From Promethearchaeota archaeon (lineage in GTDB: Archaea; Asgardarchaeota; Lokiarchaeia; Sigyniarchaeales; SOKP01), in assembly GCA_016839705.1 (NCBI GenBank), contig JAEOTR010000023.1:33144-97143 (forward strand): 64,000 nt of DNA, written 5' to 3'. Position 1 is the stretch's first letter, and each line of letters opens with the position of its first letter. This document shows, piece after piece, positions 9,203-20,242 of this stretch. The notes below the pieces were generated by a model, which did not search any database, had not been told where the DNA came from, and saw only the letters and a list, made by a program, of their open reading frames with translations. The position numbers and the translations under genes were made by a program.

Positions 9203-10888
9203 TTAACGAAATTTTTTAAATTTAAGATAGGATAAGGCACCTACTACTAAAATAATCCCACTTGTCATTCCAAAAATTAAAATCCATAGAGGGAAGTGAG
9301 GAACACTAGTGAGAACATAATTAACTTCCTGATCTGTCGTAATAATGGCTTCTTTTACTATCTTTCCTTGCCATATCACTCTCGCAGTATAATTCCCACG
9401 AGGAATATCATGTAATATAATTTGCCCATTTTCATCGGTTCTACCGGGATCAATAGGTTGTGTTGTCTTATTTGAGATGTACGTTCCATACGGCGCACCA
9501 AAATGAAGTATTTCAACAGTTACACCCACTAAAGGCATTTTGATGTTATCAGTAACAATAAGATTCAGTGTTTGCGTTGCCCTGTATCTAATTGAAAACG
9601 GGCAAGTTTCACCCATGATTAGATAAGGCATATTCATTTTCAGACCGGATTGTCCCGGAACTGTATCATTAAGGTCAAAAAATTCCACTTCTCTATTAAA
9701 TAATGAACTCGAAGTTACAAATGGATCAAAAATAATACCCGTGTCATATAGCGCAACATTTTTCAGATAAATATACCGTGGTCCTGTAATTATTGATATA
9801 AAATAGATTCTCTCTCTTATATTTCTCTCGGCTAGCAATCTATCAATAGCCCATGAGTTCCCGACGGGCTCTTCGAACTTCAAGCCAAAAGTATAGGTAA
9901 AATTCAATGAGATAAAACTTCTATTTAGTTGAAATTGATCCGATATTTTAATACTTATAGATTTATCGGGATTAAGATAATCATTGACATTCACATCAAC
10001 AGTATTTATAATAAAGTCCTGATAACTCAATAACTCTCTTTCCGGTGGGAAAATCGTTAAAGCCGCATCTATAAATTCTATTGGCATTATAGTTTCCGCG
10101 TCTGGAAGTAGATAATATCCAAGGAGATAAAATTGATAAGTAAATCTTGACGTAAACTCCTGTTCTATTTCTGTCATTATTAAAGGAGTTTCTTCCCTTT
10201 GATCTAAACTCCAGTCACCCAGTGCTACATTGTACTCCCAAATTAGGTACATTTCAAAATTAAAAATGGGTTTGTTGAAATAATCCTCATAATAAAAAAC
10301 AATATATCCCTTACTATTTAAATAATAATCTGAACCTTTTGTTAGTTTAATGATTGAAGTACCGTCATCAACGTAAAAATCCAGTAATATTGCGTTGTCA
10401 AAAGCTGTACGGTATAGTAAATATCCCGCTTGTGTATTATTATAATAAACACCGAGAGTTTCATTTAATTTAAGTCCTATTGAATTTCTATTAGTTCCGT
10501 TTAAATTATCACTCGTTGCTTGACTGATAGTTTCAATGAATTCTACTCCTGATTCTGGTAGAAAATAAAATAAAGAAAATGAATTAAAATCCTCATCAAG
10601 AAGAGGATGGTCTTCAGAATCATTTACAATACCAAGTTGATAAAAATCAAAATGTAAATTATCTATTGTGACATTTCCCAATCCATACTCCTCTTTCGAT
10701 AATATAGCATTATAATCGTCTTTTGAGAACTCATTGGTACCAAGATCGTTACTATAAGGGTTATACTCTAAAGTAGGATTAAAGATGAAATTTCCTGCAT
10801 AGATGGGAATTATAAATGAGATAACTAACAAGGAAATTAAAAAAGTCCTTCGAGAGATTATATTATAATTCCTTGTCTTAGGAGACAT
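9203..10888 (-). CDS. Membrane-anchored surface protein with a C-terminal Ig/carboxypeptidase-regulatory-like domain
   Basis: N-terminal signal/TM, aromatic beta-rich body, PLVGVTVEI...TDENGQI...PRGNYT motif, C-terminal TM plus KKFR. Confidence 0.75.
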   Translation of the reverse strand: MSPKTRNYNIISRRTFLISLLVISFIIPIYAGNFIFNPTLEYNPYSNDLGTNEFSKDDYNAILSKEEYGLGNVTIDNLHFDFYQLGIVNDSEDHPLLDEDFNSFSLFYFLPESGVEFIETISQATSDNLNGTNRNSIGLKLNETLGVYYNNTQAGYLLYRTAFDNAILLDFYVDDGTSIIKLTKGSDYYLNSKGYIVFYYEDYFNKPIFNFEMYLIWEYNVALGDWSLDQREETPLIMTEIEQEFTSRFTYQFYLLGYYLLPDAETIMPIEFIDAALTIFPPERELLSYQDFIINTVDVNVNDYLNPDKSISIKISDQFQLNRSFISLNFTYTFGLKFEEPVGNSWAIDRLLAERNIRERIYFISIITGPRYIYLKNVALYDTGIIFDPFVTSSSLFNREVEFFDLNDTVPGQSGLKMNMPYLIMGETCPFSIRYRATQTLNLIVTDNIKMPLVGVTVEILHFGAPYGTYISNKTTQPIDPGRTDENGQIILHDIPRGNYTARVIWQGKIVKEAIITTDQEVNYVLTSVPHFPLWILIFGMTSGIILVVGALSYLKFKKFR

Positions 10889-11140
10889 AGTAGACCTTTT
10901 AGTTATAGAATCTTAAAAACAGAAAATTAAAACTTATTAATTAAATTTTCTAAAGATTTTAACTTTTTCCTTGATTTCATCAAAAATTCGATATTAAATA
11001 GGAATATTTATAATAATTGAATTTATTTGGAATTTATCAGATTTCAATCAGAATAAAAAAATTTGATTTAACTTACGATTTTCTAGTAATTTACACAAAT
11101 AATACAATACTCTTTGTAATCTAATATTTAATTGATGTAA

Positions 11141-12520
11141 ATGACCAAGAGCCCAAACAGAGCTAAATTTTTAGAGGTTTTTAACCATGCAGTCGATCAA
11201 TTTATTGATCATTCCTATACTCGAGTTATTAACATTTCCCATAATGATGCTGATGGTATAAGCAGCTTACACATTATCCAAAATTTATTACATAAGCTAA
11301 AATTAGATTATGATTATTTTATATATAATCGATCTGTTTCTTGGGATAATTATTTAAATGGAATTCTTTCAAAAAGGCAAAGTGAAAAGACAGCTTTGAT
11401 CTTTACCGATCTAGGGTCTAACTTAGCAGAATTAGTTCCCATTATCAGAAATAGAAAGGAACATTTTTATATACTTGACCATCATGAAGTAGAAGATTCA
11501 ATTAGTATTGATGAGATACCTGAGAATCTAATTTTTGTTAATCCCACTATTCATGGGTATGATGGTCTCGACCATATCTCTGGGGCTACTCTAGCATTTA
11601 TGTTTGCGAAACAAATAAAACACTCAATAATAAAACAAGGATGGTTAACGGTAATAGGAATTGCAGGAGATTCATTAAAGTCTATGGATAAACTTCAATC
11701 CTTTAATCGGGAAGTGTATGAAGAATTAATTGACGAGGAACTTATAGAAGATAAAAATGGACTCACTATTTTTGGAAATATGCATGAATCTATCAAAAAC
11801 GGCTTAAAATATAGTATTTTACCCTTTATTAAAGGTTTTGGGGGGGAATCTGATCAACCTATTATCTCTTTTCTTAACTCTAAAAAAATTAATCCTAAAA
11901 CAAAAGTTATTGACTTACATGTCAATGAAATCAAAATTCTTCAGCAAAAAATAAATGCCGATAGTTATGGCCATTTTGCTTTAATACCCCAAAAAGAAGG
12001 ATTATTAAAGTTTGCCTTCGAGCATGCCCTCTTAATAAATATTCTCTGTTTTAAAAATATTAGCGCGGCGCTCTCAATTATACAATTAAAATCAATAACT
12101 CGTTATGCTAAGGATATGTATGCTGAATATATTCACCATCTCGTAAATAATTTAAAAACGATTTCTAATGATCCACCATCTTATGAAACAGAAAAAGCTG
12201 TTTTTTTAGAGGTAAAAGGAAAAATACCACCAAGTAATTGGTCAGATACAGCTAGTTTCAGTGCTGTTAATGAACTTTTTAGTCCTGAGAAGATTTTATT
12301 TTTAGGTGGTCTAGAAAAAAAATCTGGAACGATCAAATTAAGTATTCGATGTTCTAGAAAATATCTTGAAAATCATAATGAGAACGGTGTAAATAATATT
12401 ATTTCTAAAATAAAAAAAGAATTGGGTGGGATAGGTGGAGGTCATAAATTAGCTGGAGGCATTAGATTATCCGTCCCATCCTATAATCGTTTAAAAAAAT
12501 ATTCTACAGATTTTATTTAA
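11141..12520 (+). CDS. DHH-family phosphoesterase (RecJ/Cdc45-like)
   Basis: HNDADG, DLGS, LDHH, VNP and DHHA1 GGGHKLAGG motifs. Confidence 0.88.
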   Translation: MTKSPNRAKFLEVFNHAVDQFIDHSYTRVINISHNDADGISSLHIIQNLLHKLKLDYDYFIYNRSVSWDNYLNGILSKRQSEKTALIFTDLGSNLAELVPIIRNRKEHFYILDHHEVEDSISIDEIPENLIFVNPTIHGYDGLDHISGATLAFMFAKQIKHSIIKQGWLTVIGIAGDSLKSMDKLQSFNREVYEELIDEELIEDKNGLTIFGNMHESIKNGLKYSILPFIKGFGGESDQPIISFLNSKKINPKTKVIDLHVNEIKILQQKINADSYGHFALIPQKEGLLKFAFEHALLINILCFKNISAALSIIQLKSITRYAKDMYAEYIHHLVNNLKTISNDPPSYETEKAVFLEVKGKIPPSNWSDTASFSAVNELFSPEKILFLGGLEKKSGTIKLSIRCSRKYLENHNENGVNNIISKIKKELGGIGGGHKLAGGIRLSVPSYNRLKKYSTDFI

Positions 12521-12550
12521 TATTTTTAAAACAAGATTTTTGCATTAAAA

Positions 12551-12847
12551 ATGACATTTCTTGAAAAAGTAAGAGATTGTTCATACCTAGCACATATTAA
12601 AGTAAAAACTAATTCGAAAAAACAAGATGTCATTAATAATGGGGAATTTCTTACAATTTTAGTTCGATCGAAAGCAATCCATAACAAGGCAAATAAAGAG
12701 TTAATAGATCTTATAAAGAGAAAACTGGAGATATCTTCAAATCAAATTCAAATTATTAGTGGTTTAAAAAGTTCTAAAAAGTTAATTCAAATAAATTTTT
12801 CAGAAGATGTTGAAGAACGAGAAATCTATTCTAAACTAATCGTATAA
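12551..12847 (+). CDS. DUF167/YggU-family protein
   Basis: VKTNSKK...KANKELI...IISGLKSSKK. Confidence 0.8.
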   Translation: MTFLEKVRDCSYLAHIKVKTNSKKQDVINNGEFLTILVRSKAIHNKANKELIDLIKRKLEISSNQIQIISGLKSSKKLIQINFSEDVEEREIYSKLIV

Positions 12848-12852
12848 GTATT

Positions 12853-13203
12853 CTAACTCCCAATTTTCTTCATTTTACCACATTTTAAACATATAATAAA
12901 GTGAGTCATTCCCTCATCAGCACTTCGTGTTTGACGAGTTTCCAAATGTGCTTTATTATATCCACAACGTGGACACCTAAAATCTTTGATGCTACTCCTT
13001 AAATACTCCTCTTTCCACGCCATAAATTCAGAAATGTTTGTAATTTCACCCCTGATAGAATGTTCTATTTTAGTCGTTAATTTATAAGCTCCAGAATTTT
13101 CTTCAGTTAAATTCTTCGTTGCTCCACATTTACATTTAAAAATTTTTTTCCCATTTAGCTTAGAAGGGAGCATCATACTTCCACATTTGTCGCAGAATTC
13201 CAT
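12853..13203 (-). CDS. tfs: Transcription elongation factor TFS (RPB9/TFIIS-like)
   Basis: MEFCDKCGSMM N-terminal ribbon; CPRCG...QTRSADEGMTHF..CLKCG C-terminal ribbon with catalytic DE. Confidence 0.88.
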   Translation of the reverse strand: MEFCDKCGSMMLPSKLNGKKIFKCKCGATKNLTEENSGAYKLTTKIEHSIRGEITNISEFMAWKEEYLRSSIKDFRCPRCGYNKAHLETRQTRSADEGMTHFIICLKCGKMKKIGS

Positions 13204-13277
13204 AAATCTTTAATCCGTCTAATAATGATTAATACCTAAATTTAAAAAATTAATTATCCCAAATAATTTTTATTCAT

Positions 13278-14252
13278 TTATAGTTTAAATCCAAAAATCA
13301 AAGCACAAAAGATTGTTCCTGCAAGAAGATCTGCAGTAGTACCAGGATTTAAATTACTGTTTTTCCCTTGAATTTCCCTATCTAATTTAAAAGTTAAGTC
13401 TAAACCTTCTTCAGATGAGATGCCCCCATGCTGTAGAATTATTCTTGCTTTCTCTGATATATCTATAGCAGCATCAATACCCGATTTTCTGATTATAAGG
13501 GTATCAGGATGATTTGATAATAACTTCAAATAAGTATTTACAGTTGTAATATTAGTGTTATGAAACTGATAAAGTGTTTCAAGGAAGTAAGGTAATCCCT
13601 CAGTTAAAATAATACTAAATCCCGTTGAATATTCATAACTAATTAGGTCATATTCTTTTGAGATTTCAAAGATCTTCTTTAAGTTAATTTTATCAACCTG
13701 AATCTCTTTAATTGAATTTTCTTTGGTAATATCATACTTTTCAACGCTCCCTAAACCCCCGGGATTACAGGTTCTTATAGCCTCATACAAATTCAGTGTA
13801 TCTTCTACTGTTGATTCATCAATTACTCTTAGTAAATGATATTTAAAATCATTAAATTTGAATGTGTTTTTTTTTAAGCATATAGTAGCAGCTGCAGCAA
13901 GAGGAGATAGTATTAAAATATGTCCTAGTAGAACATTACCCCCACTTTGCCATTTTATCATTTCTTTAGTAGCATTCTTATAAAAAAGACCTAGTCCAAT
14001 AGACTCATAATCTTTTTCAATATTAAATGAACTTTGGTATATTTTGTTACACAAAACCTTGAAACTTGGTTGGATTGCAGTAATTCCCGCTAAAAAATGT
14101 TCAAATTTTGTATCTTTAAAATCTTGAGTACGATGCACATTACCAGGCTTTGGCCAACCCGCTAATTCTAATAAGCTTGCGAGATTAATACTCCTCGTTA
14201 TATCATCAATTGATTTAATAGATAAACTGAGAATGGGTTTTGTCACAGACAC
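13278..14252 (-). CDS. citG: Triphosphoribosyl-dephospho-CoA synthase (CitG family)
   Basis: PKPGNVHR, PDTLIIRKSG and NPGTTADL motifs. Confidence 0.88.
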   Translation of the reverse strand: MSVTKPILSLSIKSIDDITRSINLASLLELAGWPKPGNVHRTQDFKDTKFEHFLAGITAIQPSFKVLCNKIYQSSFNIEKDYESIGLGLFYKNATKEMIKWQSGGNVLLGHILILSPLAAAATICLKKNTFKFNDFKYHLLRVIDESTVEDTLNLYEAIRTCNPGGLGSVEKYDITKENSIKEIQVDKINLKKIFEISKEYDLISYEYSTGFSIILTEGLPYFLETLYQFHNTNITTVNTYLKLLSNHPDTLIIRKSGIDAAIDISEKARIILQHGGISSEEGLDLTFKLDREIQGKNSNLNPGTTADLLAGTIFCALIFGFKL

Positions 14253-14302
14253 AACTAAGTATAGTTTTCAATTTATATAATAATATTGAGAAAGAAGTTG
14301 AG

Positions 14303-14623
14303 TTAGTAATAACTTAAATCGATTATTTTTTTCTCTTTTATTGAATATCCTTCTTTTTCAGATGATTTATATGAAATTGGTCTAAATTCTTTATTCAAAC
14401 CTTTTTTATATAAGAATTTTTTAATCCTAAGTCTTAAAGCTCGCTTTGATAAAGTTAGGGGTAGCGAAACATTTAGTTCATTTCCATCACGATCAAGATT
14501 AATCTGTGGTAATGCTTCTGCTAAAAATCTGACTAAGTCAACTACATGCTGATCGCTCTTAAAACTTAAATCTTTAACAAAAATTGTAACTGTTTTGCTT
14601 TCAACTTCATTCATACTATTCAC
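14303..14623 (-). CDS. rpl22e: Ribosomal protein eL22-like
   Basis: LSKRALRLRIKKFLYKKGL...R...Y resembles the eL22 SKRYLKYLTKKYLKK core; eL22 is known from Asgard archaea. Confidence 0.7.
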   Translation of the reverse strand: MNSMNEVESKTVTIFVKDLSFKSDQHVVDLVRFLAEALPQINLDRDGNELNVSLPLTLSKRALRLRIKKFLYKKGLNKEFRPISYKSSEKEGYSIKEKKIIDLSYY

Positions 14624-14755
14624 TGAATAAATTAATTAAAAATATTATAAATTTTTTATGATTTTAATAATTTAATTCATTAAAGTTGTTTCTTATTGAG
14701 AATTTTTGAGTTTATCAAAAGAAAATTAATTTTATATTAGTTAAGGTGGAATAGA

Positions 14756-16030
14756 TTGGTAAATTATGTAAATTTAGATTATACACCAAATAACAATGAT
14801 CTTATTGCTATGTACTATGTAGAATTATCACCCGAATGTACAGATTTAGAGCAGGCATGTGAAGAAATTGCAAAGGAAAGCTCAATAGGTACTTGGACTG
14901 AAATTGCTACACTTTCTGCTGATATCGCTGAACGATTGAAACCTTCAGCATTTTATATCGATCCAAAAAATAGCATTGTTAAAATAGCTTACACAGAAGA
15001 ATTATTCGAAGCAGAGAATTTGCCACAAATTTTAAGTGCTGTAGCTGGAAATATTTTTGGAATGAAAGTTCTAAAATACTTGAGATTATTAGATATTAGT
15101 TTTCCTAAAAATATAGTTGAAAAGTACAAGGGACCGAAACATGGAATCAATGGAATCAGAAAATTGACTAAAGTTAACGATCGTCCCCTCCTAGGAACAA
15201 TTGTAAAACCAAAGGTTGGATTGAATGAAAAAGAACATGCAAAAGTGTGTGGTGATGCTTGGAGAGGGGGATTAGATATAGTGAAAGACGATGAAAATTT
15301 AACCAGTATGATTTTTAATAAATTTGAAGAAAGAGTCATCGAAACATTAAAGATACGGGATAAGATTGAAAAAGAAGTAGGAGAAAAAAAAATTTATATG
15401 CCAAATATCACCGCACCCCTCACAACTATGAAAAAAAGAGCTGATTTTGTTATTGATAATGGTGGTGAATATGTGATGATAGATATTGTTACGATCGGAT
15501 TCTCTGCCTTACAAGATATTAGAGAGTATTTAGACAAAAGAGAAGTAGTACTCCACGCACATAGGGCAATGCATGCTGCTTTTACTCGTAATAAAAAACA
15601 TGGGATGACGATGTTAGCTTTAGCTAAATTGATGAGACTAATTGGGATGGATCAACTCCATACTGGAACAATTGTAGGGAAAATGGAAGGTGGAAGACAA
15701 GAAGTTTTAGAAACCAACAAGGTTATAACCGAAAACAAAATAATTGGCAATGATTTATCAATCCTCGATCAAGCTTGGTATAATATTAAACCAATATTAC
15801 CTGTAGCATCAGGCGGTTTGAGCCCTTTAGATGCACCAGAATTGATGAAGATTTTGGGAAAGGATATGGTTTTTCAATTTGGAGGGGGTTGTCATGGTCA
15901 TCCTGATGGAACAGAAATGGGGGCTAAAGCAATAAGACAAGCCATTGATGCAGTTTTAGGAGATTATGGTTTAAAAGAATATTCTAAAAACCACGCCGAA
16001 TTAGCCAGAGCTATTAAAAAATGGGGTTAA
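14756..16030 (+). CDS. rbcL: RuBisCO form III large subunit
   Basis: ESSIGTWT, GNIFGMK, KPKVG, GGLDIVKDDE, HAHRAMH, GKMEG, SGG, GGGCHGHP. Confidence 0.96.
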   Translation: MVNYVNLDYTPNNNDLIAMYYVELSPECTDLEQACEEIAKESSIGTWTEIATLSADIAERLKPSAFYIDPKNSIVKIAYTEELFEAENLPQILSAVAGNIFGMKVLKYLRLLDISFPKNIVEKYKGPKHGINGIRKLTKVNDRPLLGTIVKPKVGLNEKEHAKVCGDAWRGGLDIVKDDENLTSMIFNKFEERVIETLKIRDKIEKEVGEKKIYMPNITAPLTTMKKRADFVIDNGGEYVMIDIVTIGFSALQDIREYLDKREVVLHAHRAMHAAFTRNKKHGMTMLALAKLMRLIGMDQLHTGTIVGKMEGGRQEVLETNKVITENKIIGNDLSILDQAWYNIKPILPVASGGLSPLDAPELMKILGKDMVFQFGGGCHGHPDGTEMGAKAIRQAIDAVLGDYGLKEYSKNHAELARAIKKWG

Positions 16031-16044
16031 TTTGAACAATTTAT

Positions 16045-16980
16045 CTATTCTATAATTTCTGGGTACAGTTTGGCAAAATAATTTGATATATGACTCGAAG
16101 CAAATATTCCTGCTTCCGTAATTAAGCCATCTATATACCTACGAGATACAGTTTCGAAAGCAGGATTTAAAATATTAACATTATTGGGTGGATTTTCCCA
16201 GACTTCTTTTGGATCTCTCATTTCTATAGTCTCTAAAATTCCCAGATTTGTCTCAGGATTATATTTCAAAAGTGGTGATGCAACATAGAATGGAACATGC
16301 TCTTCATGGGCTACTAACGCTAAAAGTCTTGATCCGATCTTGTTGATAATTGTTCCTTCACTAGTAATGCTATCTGCACCAATTAAAATTAGGTCAACTT
16401 GAAAATGTCTTACAGCCCATCTCATAGCACTATCAACAACATGAATAACTTCGATATTTGACTCAATTAATTCCTTTGCAGTAATCCTTCCTTGTAATCT
16501 GGGTTGAGTTTCTGTATTAATTACTTTAAAATTTTTGTCTTGCTTCTTTGCTTCTAATAAAATAGCAGTTACAAGACTAGAATGACAATGTGTCATTATA
16601 ACAAATTTTTTGCTTGCATTAGGAATACGTCTTGCACCTATTTCAGCGATTTTTCTTTTAGATTCTTGGAGCATTTCATTATACTCGTTTTTATATCCTT
16701 CAATTATCTCTGGAATATTTTCTAGACTACAATTATGTTTTTCCCTTTCTAATTTATGCACTATAAAATATAAACCATTTTTCATTGCAGGTTCAGTTGG
16801 TCTTGTATCAATTAAAATATCTTTTGCTTTGTGAAGGCTTTCAATACACCTATCGATAGATTTGTATTGTAACCGCTTTGCATAATTATTTAAAAAATCA
16901 ATCGCATTCAAAGCTATATTTGTAGCCCCTTGTATTTCTAGTGATCTGATTTTTTCCGCATCTTCCAATAATTTTTTCAT
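16045..16980 (-). CDS. Ribose-1,5-bisphosphate isomerase (eIF2B-like)
   Basis: IQGA, TRPTEP, MTHCHS, ETQPRLQG, GADSI, NKIGS, NPAFE; adjacent to RuBisCO. Confidence 0.9.
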   Translation of the reverse strand: MKKLLEDAEKIRSLEIQGATNIALNAIDFLNNYAKRLQYKSIDRCIESLHKAKDILIDTRPTEPAMKNGLYFIVHKLEREKHNCSLENIPEIIEGYKNEYNEMLQESKRKIAEIGARRIPNASKKFVIMTHCHSSLVTAILLEAKKQDKNFKVINTETQPRLQGRITAKELIESNIEVIHVVDSAMRWAVRHFQVDLILIGADSITSEGTIINKIGSRLLALVAHEEHVPFYVASPLLKYNPETNLGILETIEMRDPKEVWENPPNNVNILNPAFETVSRRYIDGLITEAGIFASSHISNYFAKLYPEIIE

Positions 16981-17002
16981 AGATTGTCACTTACTACTTT
17001 TT

Positions 17003-17197
17003 TCAATTTTCAAAATTATTCTTCTCATGGTTTTCTTGATCTAATTCAAAATCTTCAGGGTCAATTTCTATGTAAAAGTGTCCTAGATAGCCACAATTGG
17101 TACATTCATACATATTTGGGGCTAACCAGCCCGAAACATTAACAGCATTTCTTAATTTTGGTTCTTTGCATTTGGGGCAAATTCTAATATCTACCAT
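17003..17197 (-). CDS. Small zinc-finger protein
   Basis: CPKC...SGWLAP..YECTNCGY. Confidence 0.75.
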   Translation of the reverse strand: MVDIRICPKCKEPKLRNAVNVSGWLAPNMYECTNCGYLGHFYIEIDPEDFELDQENHEKNNFEN

Positions 17198-17304
17198 AAT
17201 TTTAATACAACTAATTTTGTATCTTTAAGAAAAAATACATATTAAGAATAATTATTTTTCTATAAATTTTTAATTAGAAAAGAATTAAATCGAATCCTAA
17301 TATT

Positions 17305-18234
17305 ATGACAAATGTAGTGGTTGCCAGATCTTTTGGATTGGATTACATTTACCTTGATATAATATTTCTTATCATCTGGATTCTTTTTTTAGTAAAAAAA
17401 AAATATTGGATTCCTATTGCTTGGGGTTTGTTGGGATGGTTTGTTTATCTCTTTACTGATTATATTCTATGGTACTTGATTACCCAAACACGACAATACA
17501 TTGGACCATTAGATCCCCTTATATTCTTTATTTGGTTTTGTTTTTCCCCAGGATTTGTTCAATTCTCATATGTTATTTTGATGTTTGAAAAAAGAAATAG
17601 ACATGATTTACTATTTTTTACATTTCTTTTCTATATTGGTTGGATAATAGTATCAGTCGGATCCCAATTACTCCCAATTGATGATACTGTTATCAGAGTA
17701 TATCGCGATATGAATGTAGATAACCAAAGATTTAATATGACGATGATGGTATTTGTTAACATAATAATTGCTGTTTTTTTATATATTAAAAAAAGGTTGC
17801 GTTTAGAAGATGTTCTATATTTATTTTTAGTAGGAACCTTAGTTGAATTTGCTTTAGAACTCACACTAGCTGTTTCAGGTATACGTCAAGAACAAGGAAC
17901 ATGGAATTTAGGTTTGATGATTCTTAATTCTTTAATTGAATTTAATCTAGGAATCGTTTTAATATATCTATTATGGGTACCAATAAAAATAAAAAGATAT
18001 CAGAAATATTATCTGCAATTAAGCTATAAGGATTTAAAAAATATTAAAACAAACTTCGATATTGTTGCTTTTATCTGTAATAGTAGATCAATAAATGAAA
18101 AACATATGAAGAATTATTCCCGTTTATACACAATCGAAGATTTCCTCTCTGACATTATGTATTATTGTCAGAAATATAATAAAAAACCAATCAAAGAGAA
18201 TTTATTAAGTGAGATAAATCGTTATTGGGAATAG
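17305..18234 (+). CDS. Multi-pass membrane protein of unknown function
   Basis: About 7 hydrophobic segments and a soluble C-terminal tail. Confidence 0.75.
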   Translation: MTNVVVARSFGLDYIYLDIIFLIIWILFLVKKKYWIPIAWGLLGWFVYLFTDYILWYLITQTRQYIGPLDPLIFFIWFCFSPGFVQFSYVILMFEKRNRHDLLFFTFLFYIGWIIVSVGSQLLPIDDTVIRVYRDMNVDNQRFNMTMMVFVNIIIAVFLYIKKRLRLEDVLYLFLVGTLVEFALELTLAVSGIRQEQGTWNLGLMILNSLIEFNLGIVLIYLLWVPIKIKRYQKYYLQLSYKDLKNIKTNFDIVAFICNSRSINEKHMKNYSRLYTIEDFLSDIMYYCQKYNKKPIKENLLSEINRYWE

Positions 18235-18383
18235 CTAGTACTGAATTAGATTATTTTAAATAATTAAGTTTTATAATAATAAATTAAATTTATCCCCTCT
18301 TACTATTTAATAATAGGACACCCTACTTGTTGTTAAATACAACAGATTGATATATTTATAATCAGATTTAGTTATTTTTTTAT

Positions 18384-20210
18384 ATGAAAGATATTGAATT
18401 GCAGAGAAAGAGTTTACCTAATGAACCTGGTGTTTATCTGTTCAAGGATAAAGAGGATTCTATAATTTATATTGGAAAAGCTATAAACTTGAAAAAACGA
18501 GTGAATCAATATTTTCTAAAAACTAGTTATAATGACCCTTATTATGAAGAAAAAATAAAGGAATTAGTTAATAAAATTCAATCTGTTGAATATATAGTGA
18601 CTGAAAATGAAAAGGAAGCACTCCTTTTAGAAAATATTCAAATTAAGAAATACTTACCTCGATATAACGTAATTATGAGGGATTCTAAGACATATCCCTG
18701 GGTTGCTATTTTTTACTCTGAAGATTATCCGCGTATCCGAGTTCTTAGAAATCCCCATAAATACTCTCAAAAAAATTTATTCTTGGGACCTTATACGGAT
18801 AAAAAAGAGATTATTAGAATCTTAAGAGATTTAAGAAAAATTTTCCCTTACTGCTCATGCAAAAAACCGGTTAGAAAAGGAAAAAGACCTTGTTTATACT
18901 ACCAGTTGAAACTTTGCCCTGGTCCATGTTTTTCCGATATAACTAAAGAAGAATATCACGATAACATTAAAAAAATCGAATTATTTTTAAAAGGCGAAAC
19001 AAGTGTAATAAAAAAACAAATTGGAGAAAAAATGGAAAGAGCTTCAGGAGAACAGAACTACGAATTAGCAGCCTTATGGCGAGACAAACTAGAAGATATT
19101 GAACATGCAACAGATCAACAACATGTTTTTATGGATTATGAAGCCAATAAGGATATAATTGCAAATTATGCTGAGGATAACTTTATGACTTTGGTTGTCA
19201 TCCATATTAGAGAAGGAAGAATAATTAATAGAAATTCTTTTAACTTCGATTTAAGAGAAAAGTTAGTTCACAAAACTGAGATTTTTGCTTCAATTTTAGA
19301 ACAATATTATCAAGATTTTAAAACAAAATTACCAGATCAGATAATTATAGCTGAGTTAAATAAGAAATTTAAAATTTTAATCAATTATTTAAAAGATTTA
19401 AAACCAGATATACAAATTAGAACTCCGAAGGATGATTACGAAATCAGTTTAATTCGAATCGCAAATAAAAATGCCGAAGTTATAGTTCAACAACAGGTTG
19501 AAATGGAAAAGATTAAAATGGATGAAATCGATTTCAGGGAAGAAGTTCTAAAGGAAGCAAAAGAAATTCTGAACTTACCAAATGAACCTAGGATTATTGA
19601 AGGTTTTGACATATCGAATGTCGAAGGTACCGATGCAACGGGCTCAATGGTCTATTTTCTGGAAGCAAAGCCTTACACTAAGAATTACAGGCATTTTAAT
19701 ATTAAATCCAAGTCAACTCCTGATGATGTGGCAATGATAAAAGAAGTAATAAAAAGAAGATACGAAATGATTTTAAAAAGAAATTTAGAGCTTCCTGATT
19801 TAATAATAGTTGATGGTGGAAAAGGTCAATTGAATGCAGGGATTTCTGTTTTACAAGAATTAGGTCTCGAAATCCCTATTATAGGTTTGGCTAAAAGATA
19901 TGAAGAAATCTATTTTCCTAACCAAAAGGATCCAATTACTCTTCCAAAAAGTTCACAAATCTTAAAGCTCCTTCAAAGAGTCAGGGATGAGGCTCATCGT
20001 TTTGCTGTCAGACTCCATAAAAAACAAAGGAAGAAACGAATGATTGGTTCTATATTAGATGATATTGAAGGAGTGGGCCCAATTTCACGAAATAAATTAC
20101 TTAATCATTTTGGGAGTGTGAACAACATAAAAAATGCTTCCTTTGAAGAAATATCAAAAATTGTTGGGAAAAAATTAGCTAAAGTGATTCTGAAAGAATT
20201 TAATGAGTAA
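18384..20210 (+). CDS. uvrC: Excinuclease ABC subunit C
   Basis: PGVYLFKD..IYIGKA GIY-YIG domain, UVR domain, RIIEGFDISN, DLIIVDGGKGQL, RDEAHRFA, C-terminal HhH. Confidence 0.97.
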   Translation: MKDIELQRKSLPNEPGVYLFKDKEDSIIYIGKAINLKKRVNQYFLKTSYNDPYYEEKIKELVNKIQSVEYIVTENEKEALLLENIQIKKYLPRYNVIMRDSKTYPWVAIFYSEDYPRIRVLRNPHKYSQKNLFLGPYTDKKEIIRILRDLRKIFPYCSCKKPVRKGKRPCLYYQLKLCPGPCFSDITKEEYHDNIKKIELFLKGETSVIKKQIGEKMERASGEQNYELAALWRDKLEDIEHATDQQHVFMDYEANKDIIANYAEDNFMTLVVIHIREGRIINRNSFNFDLREKLVHKTEIFASILEQYYQDFKTKLPDQIIIAELNKKFKILINYLKDLKPDIQIRTPKDDYEISLIRIANKNAEVIVQQQVEMEKIKMDEIDFREEVLKEAKEILNLPNEPRIIEGFDISNVEGTDATGSMVYFLEAKPYTKNYRHFNIKSKSTPDDVAMIKEVIKRRYEMILKRNLELPDLIIVDGGKGQLNAGISVLQELGLEIPIIGLAKRYEEIYFPNQKDPITLPKSSQILKLLQRVRDEAHRFAVRLHKKQRKKRMIGSILDDIEGVGPISRNKLLNHFGSVNNIKNASFEEISKIVGKKLAKVILKEFNE

Positions 20211-20242
20211 AAGTCTTAATATTAAAAAAAAAAAGGATTTAA

